Part shown: positions 37,123-50,149 of the stretch, piece by piece
Layout: each line of letters starts with the position of its first letter
Numbering within the stretch: position 1 is the first letter of the stretch
Assembly (NCBI GenBank): GCA_976226885.1
Contig: OZ320315.1
Coordinates: 38,316,001 to 38,380,000, forward strand
Source: Iphione sp. A-MEVVRFRX5
Lineage: Eukaryota
Reading direction: 5' to 3'
DNA length: 64,000 nt
The notes under the pieces: model-generated
The model's input: only the letters and a program-made list of their open reading frames with translations
What the model was told of the DNA's origin: nothing
Database searches by the model: none
Program-made: the position numbers and the translations under genes

Positions 37123-40100
37123 CTGAACAGGTAGGCAAAAAAGAAAAAAAATGATACATTAGAAATATCAATTACAGAGTGTCATCTTTTCATTCGTACA
37201 TGCTCATGGTCACACTATATACATAATAAACAACCTGAGACGAAAAGAAAGCCACTTTTATTCTCTTTTCACATATTTTGTTGGCAATAGGATAGAACCG
37301 ACGGTTCCTGTGATAACAAAACAATCAAGTAAACGTGCATAAAAATATGTTGAAGTAGTTCTTGCCAGAAGACTGCTCACATATGGAATTAGCTTACTAC
37401 ACGAGTGATGAAGTATTTTCAGTGTCTTATCGACATACAGATGATAAAACAACGATGAATACAAGGTCTTTTAAATTGCTTAGTGATGTAGCGTCTCGGA
37501 AAAGTCGGGAAATAAATTACTCTCTCCATGGAAGACTGAAAGAACTTCTTCAAAGGTAGTAGTACTGTTGAAACATCGGTCGTTTTTTTTGTTTTCCTGT
37601 GAGACAGCATCTTTGACGACGAGCTAGATGGGAGTAGCTCCTTTTAACAAGACCCTCTAGGGAGAGGTAAATTATGAGTCGATACGCCGGCGACCTTCGT
37701 GGGGTTCCCAGGGATCTGGGATGGGCACCCCAGGGGCAGTACATAGGGGTGAGAAGGCGGTGACATCTCCACAAGTCACAGTGCTGGGATGGGCAGGAAT
37801 AAATGGTCCTAGCGGGATGTAAAGCTCGACCAGTGGACGGGGGAACACCAGGCAGCCTCGATTCTAACGATCAAGATTTAGATGGGTAGAGAATCTCACC
37901 GATATTTAATGATATGTCATCGGAACATTTCACTCCGGAATTTTTTTCTGGTGTGCATTCTAATGGCTCGATGCGAAGTCATAGTGCAGCTTGTTATATC
38001 TGGGAGGTGTCCGGGAAATTACGGGAAGTATATGAGAAAGATAATTTCCTAAAGATGCCATAATATACGGCGTGTTCAGAGTAAAACGATCTGCGCAAGC
38101 CGGGGTATATCAGAACGTTTACGGCTGTATAACGTTTCCATCTTCTGATATAAGCTCCACTTTCCTAGCACGATTTCCGATGTTATATAATGCCCTTTAT
38201 TGAAGGACCTCACGGAACAGGTAAGAGAATATGAAGGTGTATGTGTCACATCTTAAGAAACGACCGCTGTATATTAAATGAAAATAAGGCAGCGGTGGAC
38301 AGAAATTAAAAAAAAAGGAAGCACATATAAGATAATTGGCCGATGCCATTGTATTTAAGATCGGAAATCTCGGAAATGAATGCTAGAAGGTCTAATATGG
38401 AAATATAGGAGAGAAGAAGAGGGCGATGGTTACTCAGGTAACTGACTATTGGTTCGAGCCGACCATATAATAGCATCGCTGTATGGCTGGAAGACAGGCG
38501 GACTGTGAAGTGGACGTATCTGGGCTTGAAGTCGGCCTGGCGATGTATGACTCAATGTTATATTCATGAAACAAACTGCACAAAACTGTCATGGCGCACC
38601 GACCAGCGACAGGGCTAAGGGACCAGTGCAGGCAGGTGGTTATTAATATATACAAGAGCGAAGTTGGGAGACTGATTGATACATGCCTTAGGCTCCAACG
38701 GGCGGTAGGAAAAACCACTGACGCCCGGGGAAGATTAGCTGTAGCTTAACCATCTAGCGGTATATGCATGATGGCTTCTATTTTAATTTGCAATGTACGC
38801 CTTTCTCCGCTGTCTCAAAGGTAATAGAGTGTCAGGGCGAAGCCTCATATGTTGTACTGATCAGCAGACCACCTCGTGGTCCTGTGGAAGCACTGCCATT
38901 CGCTGATACCCTACAGAATCTACCGTTATCTTCACAGGCTTATTCAACATGGTTTCTTCTTTATTAACAGATCGATCACAAAAACACATAGAACAGACCT
39001 TCGTATCGATGTCATCCTTTACTAGCTCGATTGTGGTTTAAAATGAAGGTCAATTCATTTAGCAAACGGATAAACAAAACATAAGTGAATGAATGTATAT
39101 TGGCAATGTATAATAGGTAATACATACTTATAAACTTACTGACGTGCAACCATAGACTATTGACTCGGAAAATACATGTAGATAGATTATTTAAAAGCTA
39201 CGAAACAGGTACAGCTCAAGAAGTCGCTAGTTCCCCCATCCCCGTCCTGTGTGAGTTAGAACTTTAAGATAACATTATACAGACAGATGTTGGTTGGATT
39301 TTTAAAAAAATGTTTCTTGCGTTGGATGCTTCATTAGTTTGTAGCGGTTATGATGCAGATATACGAAATGGAGTTGTCTCCAATAGGATTTGAGCATGAA
39401 ACATTCAGATCATCGGAGCAACACTATTTTGAACTGAGCGTACTTGCCATCCCACACTAAGGAGGCTTAACTCAGCTTCTAGAGAAGGTCAACATTCTGT
39501 TTGGGTATAACAAGACACGGCAACACAAACGAACCAAATAGAAATGTTAGAAAGAAGGCTGACTTAAAACCACATTAAGGCTGATGAAATTCAAAGCACC
39601 ACTCACACAGCCTCCCAAAGCCGGAAGCATGGGCTAATCTTCTACGCATCAAAATTTATTGTATTTCCGCTTTACATCTCGTGCAGACTGGTCAGTTCTC
39701 CACCACTCGTCCCCTTGTGCATACGGCGGACTGGTTTGAACTTGGGTTATAGTTTTAGGTCCATAAGGTTGGGAAATTAGCTACACAAATTTCACCTGGT
39801 GCTGACAATGCACGGTCTGCCTAGTATTAAGTCTCGGGAGGCGCGAGCGAGAGATTGCCCTCGAAAAAAGCTAGAGCTTTGACGACAGAGGGATTGCTGC
39901 AGCCGTGTAACGTGTCCAAAGTAGCTGACCGAAAAAAACCTTTAGGAAATCACTCCTCAGAGCTGAATACTTCTGTACCGCTACTTATTACGATTATATA
40001 ATTGCAGGCACGTTTCTTTCGCCTATAGGACCATTGATAGGACGTCGACATAATCAAATGTAGTTACAGAAGGCACACATGCAGACATACAACATACAGA

Positions 40101-43100
40101 CATGAGATATAGACGCATACATATTAAGGACATGTGCATATATAAGGCACGCATCTACACATGAAATGTACGTACAAACATGTGGACATGCACATAACAG
40201 TTTTCAGGCACGGCTCTCTCAAGTGGGTCAAAAGATATTCTCTGATCGCATCGGACTTAATATGTGTACATGCACATTTACAGGAAATTGCGTCATTTCA
40301 CCACAAATGGTCATGGCGGTTTAAGAAGAAAGTGGCCTAATTATCCTGTCCAAAACTGCTGGGAAAATAGTAGCCGTTTTTACTGCGGAACATAATACCA
40401 CAGACCTTCAAAACAGCTTGAGCCCGCAGTTTTACAGCCGCAGTTTTCTCTCGGAGAGCCTTTTTCTGTTTTAATTCTTTAAAAAATGACGACCCCGGAA
40501 TTAACTAAGATGAACTCTTAAAACAGGATTATTTAGAAAGAATGAAGCCAGCAGATGAGAACGTAAAAATCTTTGGAAATACATTTAAAACGAAAATATC
40601 TATAAAAAAAATTGAGACACATCATAGTGACTCACTTTCATAAGTTATTTGTAGTTTTATATGTTATGATTCTTTTGGGAAGAATAAACGCTTCACATAT
40701 TTTTCTTTCATAACACAAAAACCTCCAGCCATCATATAATTCAATTTTCTATAAAACCTTCCGGACTAACAAGTGTGAAATAATCTACACATAGATTAAA
40801 AGCACTGGTATTTAGTAGAGTGACAAGAATTAGATATTCAATTCTTTATTCTGAGGTTAAACATCGGGAAGTGATCTTTAAGATAGGTCTATAACAAATG
40901 CAAGATAAAGCTGTTTCCATGGTAAGCTATAATAAATACTTTCTTAGCGGAATTCATCCTCGCTTGAAATAAATGTAACATTTGTCAAATATTCGACTTT
41001 GATTTTATGGTTTAGACAGTCGGTGTTATCTGAAATGTCTTTCTTGGTCGTTTAATTTCGTTGTTGTTTTTTGCTCTAAGCTCGCCATGTAGGCAGTCAC
41101 AGGTGCTCTGTTGTTTGAACTAGAACATCGAGGGGTTCCGTTTCTTGCTGTTGTTTACAGAGAGTGCTTCTGGAGGATGGGGGGGGGGTGTGTTCTTCAT
41201 ATTCTTTCACTACTCGGTTTTAAAGAACGTAGAGTGCCAATAACTGTGTATTAGTCCTCTATCAGGTGTTCCAAGAGCCATTGACTCTCTTTCCTTTGAG
41301 TTGGGCACTCAGCTAAGTAGTAGGTAACCATCCCTTTTACTTGATAGGAGAAGTTCAGGCAGATGTTGTTTCCCCTTATTGCCTGGCATATACTGGAGTG
41401 TGCTCTTCACATTGCACGTGAGGGTTGAAGGTTGTATTGGTGAGTCTTCCTTTTGGGGGCTGTGGGTTCCAGTGCACAGGTGTGTTGTTTGGTTTATGGT
41501 GTCTAGTGAAGCTGTGGGTCAGTTGCCTGCTTCTTTATCCATGTTTTGGTCTGTCTGTAACTTGTAGGGATGTCATGTCATCCTGGGGATTTCTTGTGCT
41601 GACCTTGTCTGCTTTGTTTACCTCATTCCCTTAGATCCCTACATATTTGTTCTGTGTTAATATTTCATGTGTCATGTCGATTATATGGGATATTCTAACA
41701 TTTAAAATACTCTAAAAGAGTGTCAGTGATGCGGCCAATGCTACCAATAAACCATGGTAGCATAAAAAATTTTACCATTAGAGCACAGGTAAACGTAATG
41801 AGATATGATTATGTATAAAGACCTGAGGAATCAAAAGGCTACAAATCACTCACTTAACACTTACATGGCAATGTTTCTATTTAACGTAATGTAATACAAA
41901 CATCCATACCTGAGAAATATAATAAGGAACGATCGAAGAATTGCTACCGATAATTGTCTTCATAGTATGAACCGCCCGCAGTTGATAGATTTGGATATAA
42001 AAGGCCTGACTACATATAATCACATAAAGAGTTTCCACATGATTCGCATGAGTTTTATATATCGATGTTTGATCCTTCGCTGGAAAGAGCATGTGCACCA
42101 ACAGGGGGATCCGTGCTGTCAATTAATCATATTGCTCAACGAATCATCGGCGCCAGCGCTATCATTCATTGATATTGAACTCCTCATCATTACCCAACCT
42201 CCATTAGCAATCAACGGCAGAGCATCATCTGGTTGAGCTACTTTAGACAGAAATGGCGCGGTTCCCTCTACAACACTACCTTTGGAATTCATTGGCGGCG
42301 GAATGCTGGAAAACGATGGAGGAGAAAAAATATGGCCAGCGTTGGCACTGAATGTCCTACCTGCTAGACGTGTTACTGCCTTCTACTAGTACCTGCCTGC
42401 GTGATTGACCACCTGGCTCTTTCTCAAACTTTGCAGCCTGTCGGTCATTAACTATCGGTCCTTGATCTAAAATGTTCCTACAACAATTTGACTATATATA
42501 TCCTTCCTTAATCGACACTATGATCAATAATTGCCCTGTGCATGTTCTTGTCGCTTACATTTTTTCATACATTACTAGTCCCGATATATATATATATCAT
42601 TTACTACATCTACCCCTATTATGTCTTCGACTCTACTGATTAAAACAGCGCCTGGGCTTCTCTCCTTGTCCGGCCCTCATATAACACACTTTAGGTCACT
42701 GCACTGTCTACGTGAAGGATTCTTTCGTGTCGAACCTATCTTAAATTACATTCCTTAATGGCAGTCCCTACAAGGCCCTGGTCACAAACAGCCGGGTACT
42801 ATCGTTCTCCACGACAAACTGAAGCATTTCTTGTCTTGCTCCAGATCTCCACTACTTTTGTTTTTTTAGCTCATACACTTCTCTGTACAACATGTCCTTA
42901 TCATGAGCCATGTATAATTTTCTCTCTCATAGAAGCGTATTCTTGGGATTGTTGATAGCACAGTGCTATTATCAATCGAAAGGACAGAGCCATCTTTTTG
43001 TCACATTGTTACATCATTTGACCTTCTGTAGGGTTATCAACCACACACTGCTACGTACAGCCTGATGTCTGACGTAGAATGTAACGTCATATGCTAAGCC

Positions 43101-46100
43101 TTTACCTCTACCTGTGTCTGCCTTTACTACTTTTCTCATTCTTACCATGTACTTGGACTAAATGAATGCGTGGAATTACTAAAGGGGGCGGATCAATTAA
43201 CTTCATGTTATCCATGATAACAATCAGTTCGGTGGCTATCATCACTCTGGATAATGCATCTGGTTATACACGGGGCAAAGTAACAAACGCCAAACGACTC
43301 ATTTAAAGTGAAAGGTCTCGTAGGTGATAACCTTACCATGATGAGCAGTGTCCGATCAAGTCGCACGAGCTTCCAGGCGGTGAGACCAATATGCTCTGTC
43401 GTCACTCGGTTCAAAAACACCTGTAAAGTTGAAAGAAAAAACAATGCTCCGGCGTTAAGAGTTTAGATAACGATTGAAAACGATTTTATACCGTCCATAA
43501 CTTTACATAGTGATTGTGAAGACCGTGTCTGTGCAAGGCATATCGGATTTCCAAGTAAGTACAAATAAAAGAGAGCTGGAATAGATAAGACCCACGTATA
43601 TATGAAAGTTATCTAAATTAAAGCTTCTCGTAGCAGGTAAACAACTTTAAATCCTTTTTTTTAAATTTTCGTACTAAAGAGCATCTGTACACAAGCTTGT
43701 ATAAGCGTCATTTTGACCATACTCCTCATGTATTGCGTACACGGATGAGCTTGGAAGAAACACAGTGTCAAGTGTCGGCTGCATAGGGTGTAAATGATAG
43801 AAAACAGACCATCGGTTTTTTTATGCTACTGTATTAAGAGTGTCTCAAAGCACTGCACGCTGCTTCACAGAAGACCTCAGAGACTAGTTGTCTGGCCCCA
43901 CGTTAGTTGACCTCCCAGGCACTGCTGTCATAAAGATTTAAGATGTTCAAAAGATGTTTGAAGCCTTCTTTATTCTTTTCCCAACCATACCTAAGGCCTC
44001 CAAAAATGTTGGTGTTTCTGGTAACGGATTAAAAAATACAGGGCCTGTAGACAGGTTAAAACAGCAGTATATTAATCATTAAAGGACATACTATACCTCA
44101 TTTTCTTCTTTGCAGGCTTACCTTTCATATAATCTCAGCATCAAAATTAGACAATTAAAAGGAACGTCCCATTAGGACAAAATTGAGGTTCAGGTTACCG
44201 TTTTTTGGCCTATTTTCTTAGGCCTGAACAGTAATTACAGTGACTACAGAGCAGACCACTCTTTAGAAGTCCAAGTCCAAGAAACGATATATTTTTGTGG
44301 TTCTTTGCAGCATTATCACACGTCTTGATTAGATATGATGCAGCCTTCAGAACGTAAACCAACATCACGTTTCCCTATGAGATATTTATGTGTATTTACT
44401 TTTGGACGGATTCATCTAGTATTGAATATTGCAGACTATTGCCATCGTGGTTGGGTTAAGAAAAGGCCATGTATCAGTTATATATCTGGAGCGAATTTCG
44501 GACTATGGATAAGAGTTTTTTTAACAGAGCTACTGAGATGACGACGAAATCTCTGACCGAATCAAAGTTCAAATGAAACGTCGTTTCAAACTGAATTACC
44601 TGGACGGAGATTCCCTCTTGCGTAGTACAGGATCTGAGGTCAACATCGTGTATGATTGCTTTTGGTACTTTGCCCTGTATAAAGCAATGTTACAAAGGAT
44701 AACAGTACTAAATCTTCTCCGAAACGCAAGCCTTTATGACAGTGTAGTATTCGTTTCTCTCTTAACGCGTTAAGGATGTGCATTACCTCTAAAAAAAGCA
44801 GTCAACTTACGCACGAACGAAAGACGAACAGAGAGTGGTTTTCAATTCTTTCCTACTTCCAGACAGTAACCTAAGCATCTGGACATGAAGTAAGTTAAGA
44901 GTTGCAAGTTATGTATAGGCTACCGCTTAAGGCTACTGCACATTTACGTTACAGTATGAGAGGCTGTAGGAAAGGAGACTGCAGATCGAGCTGGCGGCGG
45001 TCGGTAAACCTACTGATGTACACCCTGATGTAAAAACAGCCTATATATTGGGCTCACTATTCAATATTTTGATAGAATCCAGACTTACCTGCAAATATTC
45101 TTAGTATTATTATTTCTAAGAAAATAATGTTGTCTGTTACGTTATCTAAAAAAAATTAGAAATCATCTTATTTTACAAATAATATAAAATAATTATGACT
45201 TAAATTATTAGCTCACCGTGTAAATATTAGGTCGTGGTCATTTGAAAGGACAAGTTATAGATTCAGTCATAATCTGTCTATATCTGTTACTCGTAACTTC
45301 AGACAACAATCTCTACTGTGCACTGCATAGTGCGTGGATGAAGAGAGTTTAAATATACTGCCCTACTCATCTGAGGATTATCAAAATGAGTGAAATTTGC
45401 ACATCCACTGGACAGTATTGAACATCGAGATGAAACTAATGCGTACTGGAAGGCTAGGCTCCAGCGTGAAGAACATGTAAAACGTATGGCTTACCGCTGC
45501 GCAGAGGGAGGCCCCGGCCACCGTGACGCTGACGACGTGTGTGAGAGCAATCACAAAAAATACCACGCTCGCCGTCAGTGCCAGCACGTCCTGGGCGAAC
45601 AGATCCTCGTTCTTCACGAGGACAAATATGAAGGCACAAATGGTGGGAATATCAAACAGGTAAGTCAACAGGTTGAAGAGTGAGAACATATCGTCGAGCG
45701 TGTCGGTGACTTTACACAGCAGCAGATGGCGCTGGCGGTGGCCCTCAATGTCGGTCGAGCCGCCGTACTGCGGGCGCCCCCGTACGTCGGGGGTTATCAC
45801 CGTTGCCCGGAAGCCGGAGGAGAACTCCTGGAATTCCTTCTTGAGCAGTACACAGATGATGACGAGCACAATATTGGGCTGGATCCAGCAGAAGGCCATG
45901 TAGTAGTGACAAGTGAAGTAGATGGCTGCCACCCACACGGGCACGGCGCCGTCGATACTGAACGGCACCAAGAAGATGCGAGTTAGCGAGGGCAGCTTGA
46001 TGCTGAAGAGAGCGATACCCACCACGGCGAAGGAAAGTATCATGACGTTGATGGACATGACGACGCGGCAGGCAAAACCCTTGAGTTTGTCGGTAGGCAC

Positions 46101-46658
46101 GCCGCCGTACCTGTCCTTGTAGGCCTGCCAGAGGGCGATGAAGGTGGCCGAGTGCTTGTGGCTGACCACGATGAAGACGGTGACGCTGAGCGCACACTGC
46201 AGGTTCCAGATGTGGATGACGATCTTCATGAAGAGGCGCGTCCCGTGCGAGTCGGGCTCGACGTAGGCGGCGAAGTAGCGCAGCGCATTGAACCAGAGCA
46301 GGCAGAGGACAACAGCGCAGTAGAGCGTGCACACCTGCACCGCCCGCCCCTCCGGGTCGCGTAGTACGAGCCCGTAGCACTTGAGGCTAATGGAGAGCGG
46401 GCGGATCACCTGCGCCACGCTGGTGTCACCCTCCTCCGGCTCATCCTCGGGCTCCTCCCGACCATCCAGCGCCGAGTGGGAGCCGTGTTCCGAGCAGCTC
46501 CGGTCGGACGGCTCGTGAGTCGGTCGGCGCTGGGCCAGCAGCGGGGTGCCCTGAGGCGGGAGGGGCGTGCTCGCCGGGATCGGGCCCGACCCCACCTGGA
46601 TGCGGTGCACCACTTTGCCGTTGACGTTGACGTACGTGTGGCGTGTTGTCATCTTCAT
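36988..46658 (-). CDS. Grl: Gustatory-receptor-like (GRL, 7tm_7 / 7TM ion channel) protein, 4 coding exons, about 485 aa
   Basis: Exons (minus strand) 46658-45495, 44674-44600, 43420-43337 and 37122-36988 join through three phase-0 GT-AG introns. Multiple hydrophobic helices. The C-terminus reads ..VQVFLNRVTTEHIGLTAWKLVRLDRTLLIMVFGLILSYVVVLFKF, matching the GR/GRL S7 signature TYhhhhhQF. One long exon followed by three short 3' exons is the known family architecture. The start codon is inferred. Confidence 0.82.
43337..43420 (-). CDS. GRL exon 3 (VFLNRVTTEHIGLTAWKLVRLDRTLLIM)
   Basis: Acceptor ttcaactttacag, donor ATG|gtaagg; 84 nt; FL.R....IGL motif typical of GRL S7a. Confidence 0.85.
43995..44224. 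mobile_element. MITE related to family A, in GRL intron 2
   Basis: Left end TAA-GGCCtccaaaaatgttggtgtttctggtaac; the right end (gttacc..ggcc) is degenerate. Confidence 0.5.
44600..44674 (-). CDS. GRL exon 2 (GKVPKAIIHDVDLRSCTTQEGISVQ)
   Basis: Acceptor ttgctttatacag, donor CAG|gtaatt; 75 nt, phase 0/0, no stops. Confidence 0.75.
45495..46658 (-). CDS. GRL long coding exon (388 aa, TM1-TM6)
   Basis: Part of ORF 45381..46754; GC-rich coding composition; IRPLSISLKCYGL before TM1; strong donor GCG|gtaagc at 45494. ORF portions below 45495 are intronic read-through. Confidence 0.88.
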
Positions 46659-46723
46659 CGGCTCAAAGATAAGTGACCAGCCAGTAGCAAGAGACGCGTT
46701 CCTCTCGAACCGAGATACACATA

Positions 46724-46903
46724 CAGTGGGCAACTCACCTTGTGAGCAATTCAACTAGGAGGACAACTCAGGATTGAGGGCAAGTTTGGTTGGTCCCCAT
46801 GGTTTATTTTCTATGACATAATTAATTCAGTTAGGAGGGCAAGTTCCAGTTAAGGTAAACTTTGTCTGGTCCCATTGATGGTTTTAATTCTGAGTTGCTA
46901 CTG
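46724..46903. mobile_element. Tc1/mariner-type MITE (family B) 65 bp upstream of the GRL ATG
   Basis: TA-CAGTgggcaactca ... tgagttgctaCTG-TA; TA target duplication at 46722-23 and 46904-05. Confidence 0.8.
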
Positions 46904-49900
46904 TACTTGGACCTGATGTAACCTGTTCAACTCCCGCCGATCGATGAGAGCGGGAAGGGGGGGGGGGCATCCTAGAGTCAGAACAATCAATCCAGGCGAG
47001 AGGATGCCGCAGGTTTTATACGATCAGTTGCCATTTTCCTGGGAGTTCAATAACGTTCTGCAATTGCAATTGACGATTGAAGTCTACCATGCAAAAAATG
47101 CACGGCTGTGAAAGAATGACCTCGCAATCAACGACGTGTGAGTCGGCGAAGGATCCTCTTACACGTTACAAGTCAGCTCACCGTCGTAGAGAATGAAATT
47201 CATAATCACCCTCTGCTCAGACGAAAACACGCTAGTAGTCGTGTCATCGTGAATTGCATGTGAATTACTATCTGACGGGAATAAAATCCCAACTCAACAG
47301 CACGGCGGTATCAACAGCTTACTTGACGTTCTTCGTCTTAGGTCCTCTTTCATAGTCCACCTGTTCAGTGCACCTTGGTATTGAGCAATGTGGGATGGTG
47401 CCAATAAGCGCCAGTAGCGTCCCTACTTAGCAGAAAGAACATCTTCTCTCGCGACTAATTGGCACACCTCGGCGAAGCGAGATGCTTCGTCTGATCAATA
47501 CTTCTAACAACAAACAGATTGATACGGAGTAGTCATTGTGGAGTGCCCTGTTTTTTTTAATCACTATCTGTATGTGATAATGAGCTACACGTACAGTAAC
47601 GAATAGCAAGAAACAGTCAGGAATCGAAAAAATTCATAGAGCTTTTGGCGATTTGATGATCATGGCAGGCAGCCAATCGCCTATGCTGCCTGATACAAAT
47701 AAGTCTCTTTTTTCCCCAGATTTCGCGGACAATCACCGACAACCTGCAAAAGGAAACAAAAAACAGGGCTAAGTTATATGTGCACAGATGTAACTTATTT
47801 GTGTATCTCGTTTAATGGCGTATGTATGTGTATAAATTATATGATCTGTCCCTCTAATCTGTCCGCCTCACTCACTCAGCCTCGGTAGATAGATGATGAG
47901 GCTGTCGGCTACCAATCTTCTCCTGTCAACCTTCATTTCAGGCGGAAGTCTCTGGCTGATCTACCGGGTGAGCAGAAAATATCAGCAATTTGTACTCAGC
48001 TAATGACATTAGAGGAAGCTCTTGACAAAGCGAGCATAAAAGTCGTCTTTCGAGAGGCCAGGGTGTCCTTTTAACTGTTGAGGGCCTTGTGCCACATTTC
48101 TCTGGAAAGGAATACCGCCGAAAATGAACCTTTAACCGCTAAGAGACTGTGCTCCGTCCCGGAAGCATACATGCAATTTAGACCTGGCAGCCAAAGGGCC
48201 TCTCTTATTGAATCCACCTCTGTTACAGTTTGTCTCAAATCTTTTGGCGGGTAATTTTTCACTTCGGAATTGTAGAAGTAAGTTTATCTATGCTTAGACT
48301 GCTTTCAATTTCTAGTTTATGTTTACGTATACGTAGGACCCATCGAACATTTGTATCATGGGTATTAAAGGCGCTTAAGGTTTGATTGAAGTTAAGAAAC
48401 GTAATAGACTCGCTGTGAATATTGATCTTATCTAAATATATTCGAGTGAATGTTTTCAGTTGAAATTATGAAAGCTAATTTTATGCACTCAGTCCGTGTG
48501 TAAAATGCGACCTGAAAAGCATAAATGTGAATTTAGTTATAAAGACATAAGAGATATATTAATCTATAAAAAAAAAGCTACACTGCCATAGCATTATCGT
48601 ATTCTAAGCTAAAACATATTTATCTTAGGGAGGGGGGAGAGAATAGTAAAGTACATAGAAACGTGCAACTCCGATCTCCATTCAACATTAACATGTATTT
48701 TAATGAGAACGGTCAAGTTGACTCCTGCTTTCGACGGGAGTCTCATTTATATGATAAATGCACACGACGGGGACTTGAAATATTCAAAAGGCAGACGTCG
48801 ATTCAGAATAAAAATGTATGTTGTTACATAATAAAAGAATTGTTGAGGCTGCGTGCAATTCAAGAACCCTTTCTGTAGTCGAAGCTCCGCCTTTATGAGC
48901 CTCGGGTGAGCTCTTCTTCCAAAAGAAACTTCAATATGACAAATAAGAGAATAGTACGTGTAAGTTTACATTGCATCTAACAAAAAACCTGACTACAGTG
49001 CAACAAATATGCCAGCCCCCTGGACACACAAAATTCAAATTCAAATAGACGAACTACTACAGCACTTCAGCGGTCCCTCGAGTGAAGGATGGAACTGGAT
49101 TGATACACATATGCAGGGGGGTAGATATGCGCAATGAAGAACACAACGCACAGAGTGGAAATAACTGTACATCATAATAAGGCAGACGACATTTGGGACC
49201 GTACCCGCAAACTATGCGAGAGTGAAAACGACTAGTGCAAGAAAAGTCATCCACGAATACTCTTATCAATTCGTACCAAAAGCACATTTCAAGAGAGGGA
49301 GAGCACCCTGCCAGTCTGCCGACGTGGGAAGATCTGGGTGAAAGCACTATGTAAATAATTCAACCTCCGCTCTCTGCGCCAACCGCTCCAAGTCGGACTG
49401 CATTAGTTCGCGGTGTGTGGCTCCCTCTAATGTCAGGTAACAGGCGCCGCCTAGCGCCCGTCTCACAATAGGCAATCCGCGCACTGTGACAAATAGGAAG
49501 AGACCCTCCCCCGACGGCGAAGCCGCTGTCGCCCAAAGACGTGCATCGGGTACCTCGCCCGTAAGCATCTTCCTGGATGATAGAAGCATTCTCCAAGTCG
49601 GCCTACGCGTAGACCTCGGCCGCGGGCTGGTCTCAATCCCATAGGTTGCAAAGGGCGGAGCGTTATATTGCATATCGTAGTGGAACTACATATACACGCG
49701 GGCCTTAGGCTGCAATATGGGAGGCTCCATATTAAGGATATTGACGAGGCTCGGCGAGGCATTGTTCAACATATACACGTTGCCGCCAGTGTCACTCTCT
49801 TCTACAACTGGTTGGGGTCCCGGACGACATCTTTCATTACGACGGTTAGCGGCGCCGAGCCCATAAATGCGTGGCAGAATCGTTTGCATTTATATTGCAG

Positions 49901-50149
49901 AGGCGTAATTCTGATATAGGAACCGCTGCCTAGCCTATACTATGCAAAGTCTTTTTTTTTAAATAACGACATATATCATAATAATGGATGGGGACGTTTA
50001 AGGCGCAAATACTTAAATAAAGTATGACTATATGTACACCGCATCTACCAATAGCAGTGGGTTACACTGGAATCATTTTATTGGGTTTGTCTTTCCAATA
50101 CATTCATATTGCCGTAGAAAGGGAGAAAAAATGCGCTGCAGACTCCAGC

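Noticed and set aside
36964-37130. Apparent + strand exon (tttttcag|...cag|gtaggc)
   Set aside because: Stops in all three + frames; the region is the antisense of the GRL terminal exon.
41050-41640. Possible old retroelement fragment in GRL intron 3
   Set aside because: Strand-skewed composition suggests decayed coding DNA, but no diagnostic motif could be read.
45381-45494. C-terminal 38 aa of the 457-aa ORF (VSHTFYMFF...FHSF) as coding
   Set aside because: It begins at a strong gtaagc donor and lacks the GRL S7 motif, which is supplied by three downstream exons; intronic read-through.
46659-46754. N-terminal extension MNCSQGELPT... of the GRL ORF
   Set aside because: It starts at a non-ATG codon inside a MITE and has non-coding character; ATG 46658 is preferred.
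45390-46758. Multiple + strand and alternative-frame ORFs over the GRL long exon
   Set aside because: Shadows of GC-rich coding sequence on the opposite strand or in other frames.
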